Notes under the pieces: generated by a model
Database searches by the model: none
What the model was told of the DNA's origin: nothing
What the model saw: the letters and a program-made list of their open reading frames with translations, nothing else
Source: an uncultured Pseudomonadota bacterium
GTDB taxonomy: Bacteria > Oederibacteriota > Muellerivitia > Muellerivitales > Muellerivitaceae
Direction: 5' to 3'
Assembly (NCBI GenBank): GCA_963836235.1
Contig: CAWIIP010000002.1
Coordinates: 1,728,001-1,792,000 of the forward strand
Length of the DNA: 64,000 nt
In this document: in pieces, positions 62,352 through 64,000 of the stretch
Position numbering within the stretch: position 1 is the first letter of the stretch
Layout: each line of letters starts with the position of its first letter
Program-made: the position numbers and the translations under genes

Positions 62352-63704
62352 TTAGTAAAGACTGCCTTCGCGCCTTTCGGCGAAGAGGCGATAGTCCTTA
62401 GCCGCGATGGCTTTGGCCATGAGGTTTCGGGTTTTGGCATAGGTGGAATTAGGAGTTCCAATATTATTTAGGGTATAGCCCATCTGGAAATAACAACCAC
62501 AAAGGATAAAAGCCATGCCCAGAAGCCGCCCCCAGGGCTTTTGCCAAACCCAATCCCATCCGTAAAAGGTGTAAAGCATCAGGGGTGGGAAAAAAAGCAG
62601 GATTCGGAAGGATGCCGCCATGTCGGGGGTAAAAAGAAAGCAGGTGTAGAGCAATAAAAAGATTCCTCCCATCAAAGTCTTGATTTTTTTCCAATCGGCC
62701 CGGGGATGTTTCTTGAAAAAGAAAAAGACCAACATCGCCAAGGCCTGGATATACCAAATGCCCCACAGGAAAAAACCAGGGATTAAAAGCCAGTAGGAAT
62801 GAAGGAAGTAATCCACCCGAAGATGAGTGTTTTCACCCACGAAGCGGGCCATTTCGAAACTAGCGATGGAAATTAAGCGGGCCAAGGTGCCGAGCAAATC
62901 TTTGGCGTTATCCCAGTTCAAACCCGACATAAACCCATGCACGTCTTTTCCTGTATTAAATCCGTAATGAAGATAGGTAGGCAGAAGAAGGGCCAGCATG
63001 GGGAGGCTTCCCAAAAAAGTGAATAAGAGGGCGGAAAGAATTTTACCGGCCCGCACTTGGAGGTAGAGGGAGACCCCCAGAAGGGGGACCATAGCGATCC
63101 AAGACATATGCAATTGCATGACCCAAAAGAGGCCAAAGCCCATAAAAGCATTGGCCCAGGCGGGCTGAAGAAGGCTGATAGAAAGGGCCGGGACGGTTTC
63201 AAAAAACCCCAAGAAAAACAAAACACTTCCGAGAAAGGCAAAGGACGGGTTGATGACTTGGGTGGAATAATGGGTAAGCCAGGGGGCGATATAAAGCCAA
63301 GTATAAATGAACCAAGGCGGAAAGCCCGGCAGGCGTTTGCAACAATACCAACCCAATAAGCTCAAAGCGAAGAATGATAATAAGTTCAGGAAGACATAGG
63401 GTGATTCTGGGGCGGGCCATAAGGTTAGCGGCAGGGCCATGAGCAGGCCTTCCAAGGAGCCGGGAATCTGGGTTTTAAAAGAAGTTTCTGGACCCTGCAC
63501 ATCCGGGCCATAGTAGGGCCAGGTGTGGGTGGTATAAGTTTTTAAACCGATGGCATAAGTTTGAGTGTAATCCTCATCCGCCGTGACCGAAGGACAGTAA
63601 AGGCCAAAGATAACCCTGAAAAGAAAGGCGGATAAAAACAAGAAAATCATTTTGAAAGGTTTGGATTTGGCCGCAATCTCGTTCTTCAGAGATGAGTTCA
63701 ACAT
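62352..63704 (-). CDS. Probable GT-C fold membrane glycosyltransferase
   Basis: LFRVIFG...ADEDYTQ acidic loop after TM1, about 11 TMs. Confidence 0.6.
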   Translation of the reverse strand: MLNSSLKNEIAAKSKPFKMIFLFLSAFLFRVIFGLYCPSVTADEDYTQTYAIGLKTYTTHTWPYYGPDVQGPETSFKTQIPGSLEGLLMALPLTLWPAPESPYVFLNLLSFFALSLLGWYCCKRLPGFPPWFIYTWLYIAPWLTHYSTQVINPSFAFLGSVLFFLGFFETVPALSISLLQPAWANAFMGFGLFWVMQLHMSWIAMVPLLGVSLYLQVRAGKILSALLFTFLGSLPMLALLLPTYLHYGFNTGKDVHGFMSGLNWDNAKDLLGTLARLISIASFEMARFVGENTHLRVDYFLHSYWLLIPGFFLWGIWYIQALAMLVFFFFKKHPRADWKKIKTLMGGIFLLLYTCFLFTPDMAASFRILLFFPPLMLYTFYGWDWVWQKPWGRLLGMAFILCGCYFQMGYTLNNIGTPNSTYAKTRNLMAKAIAAKDYRLFAERREGSLY

Positions 63705-63742
63705 ATACCCCGAATCGGATTCCGGATTTTAGTTGGAATAAA

Positions 63743-64000
63743 TCAGCGTCTTTTTTTCTTAGGAACTAAGAGGTTCATGAGAAGCACCTGAATTCCATAA
63801 AAGAAGTAATAAAGCGATATCAGGAAAAAGAAACCGAAAAATGTTCCAAATGGATCGACATAATTGACGTAAAAACGCGAATAGCTTTTGGAAATCCAAA
63901 GGACGATTCCAATGGTGGCCATGAAAGCCAGGACAAATTGGATAATTTTTCCATAAGTTATTTCAGGGTTATCCGATTTAGGGAAAAGGACGGCAACCAA
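63743..64000 (-). CDS. Partial membrane hypothetical protein (runs off the window edge)
   Basis: Two TM segments, ends KKKRR; frame is open at the window end. Confidence 0.55.
   Translation of the reverse strand: MVAVLFPKSDNPEITYGKIIQFVLAFMATIGIVLWISKSYSRFYVNYVDPFGTFFGFFFLISLYYFFYGIQVLLMNLLVPKKKRR

Overview
64 kb of ordinary-looking chromosomal DNA from a moderately GC-rich diderm bacterium. The many Thr/Pro-rich exported proteins and GT-C membrane glycosyltransferases resemble uncultured lineages such as FCPU426, but that is a weak inference. About 60 CDS are supported. Housekeeping and metabolic genes include an old yellow enzyme, a B12-radical SAM enzyme, a two-domain thyX, mqnD, queG, mtnB/mtnD, moeZ, galK, bcp and icd. 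The window also has four GT-C glycosyltransferases, secreted hydrolases and regulators. I found no tRNA, rRNA, CRISPR array, transposase or integrase. The most unusual signals are: (1) a 117-nt nested-palindrome element inserted in frame into queG; (2) an accessory segment at about 29.7-34.2 kb containing an array of CACTTCGCGATT repeats, a hairpin family with compensatory changes, a frameshifted membrane-anchored winged-HTH gene, an overlapping small-protein/nucleotidyltransferase pair and an AT-rich membrane-anchored Mrr-type nuclease; (3) three intergenic inverted-repeat elements with periodic arms; (4) a parS-like perfect palindrome; (5) a degenerate sigma54 activator, an intact/degenerate PilZ pair, and eukaryote-like methionine-salvage genes. 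All family assignments come from motif recognition by eye; no searches were run.
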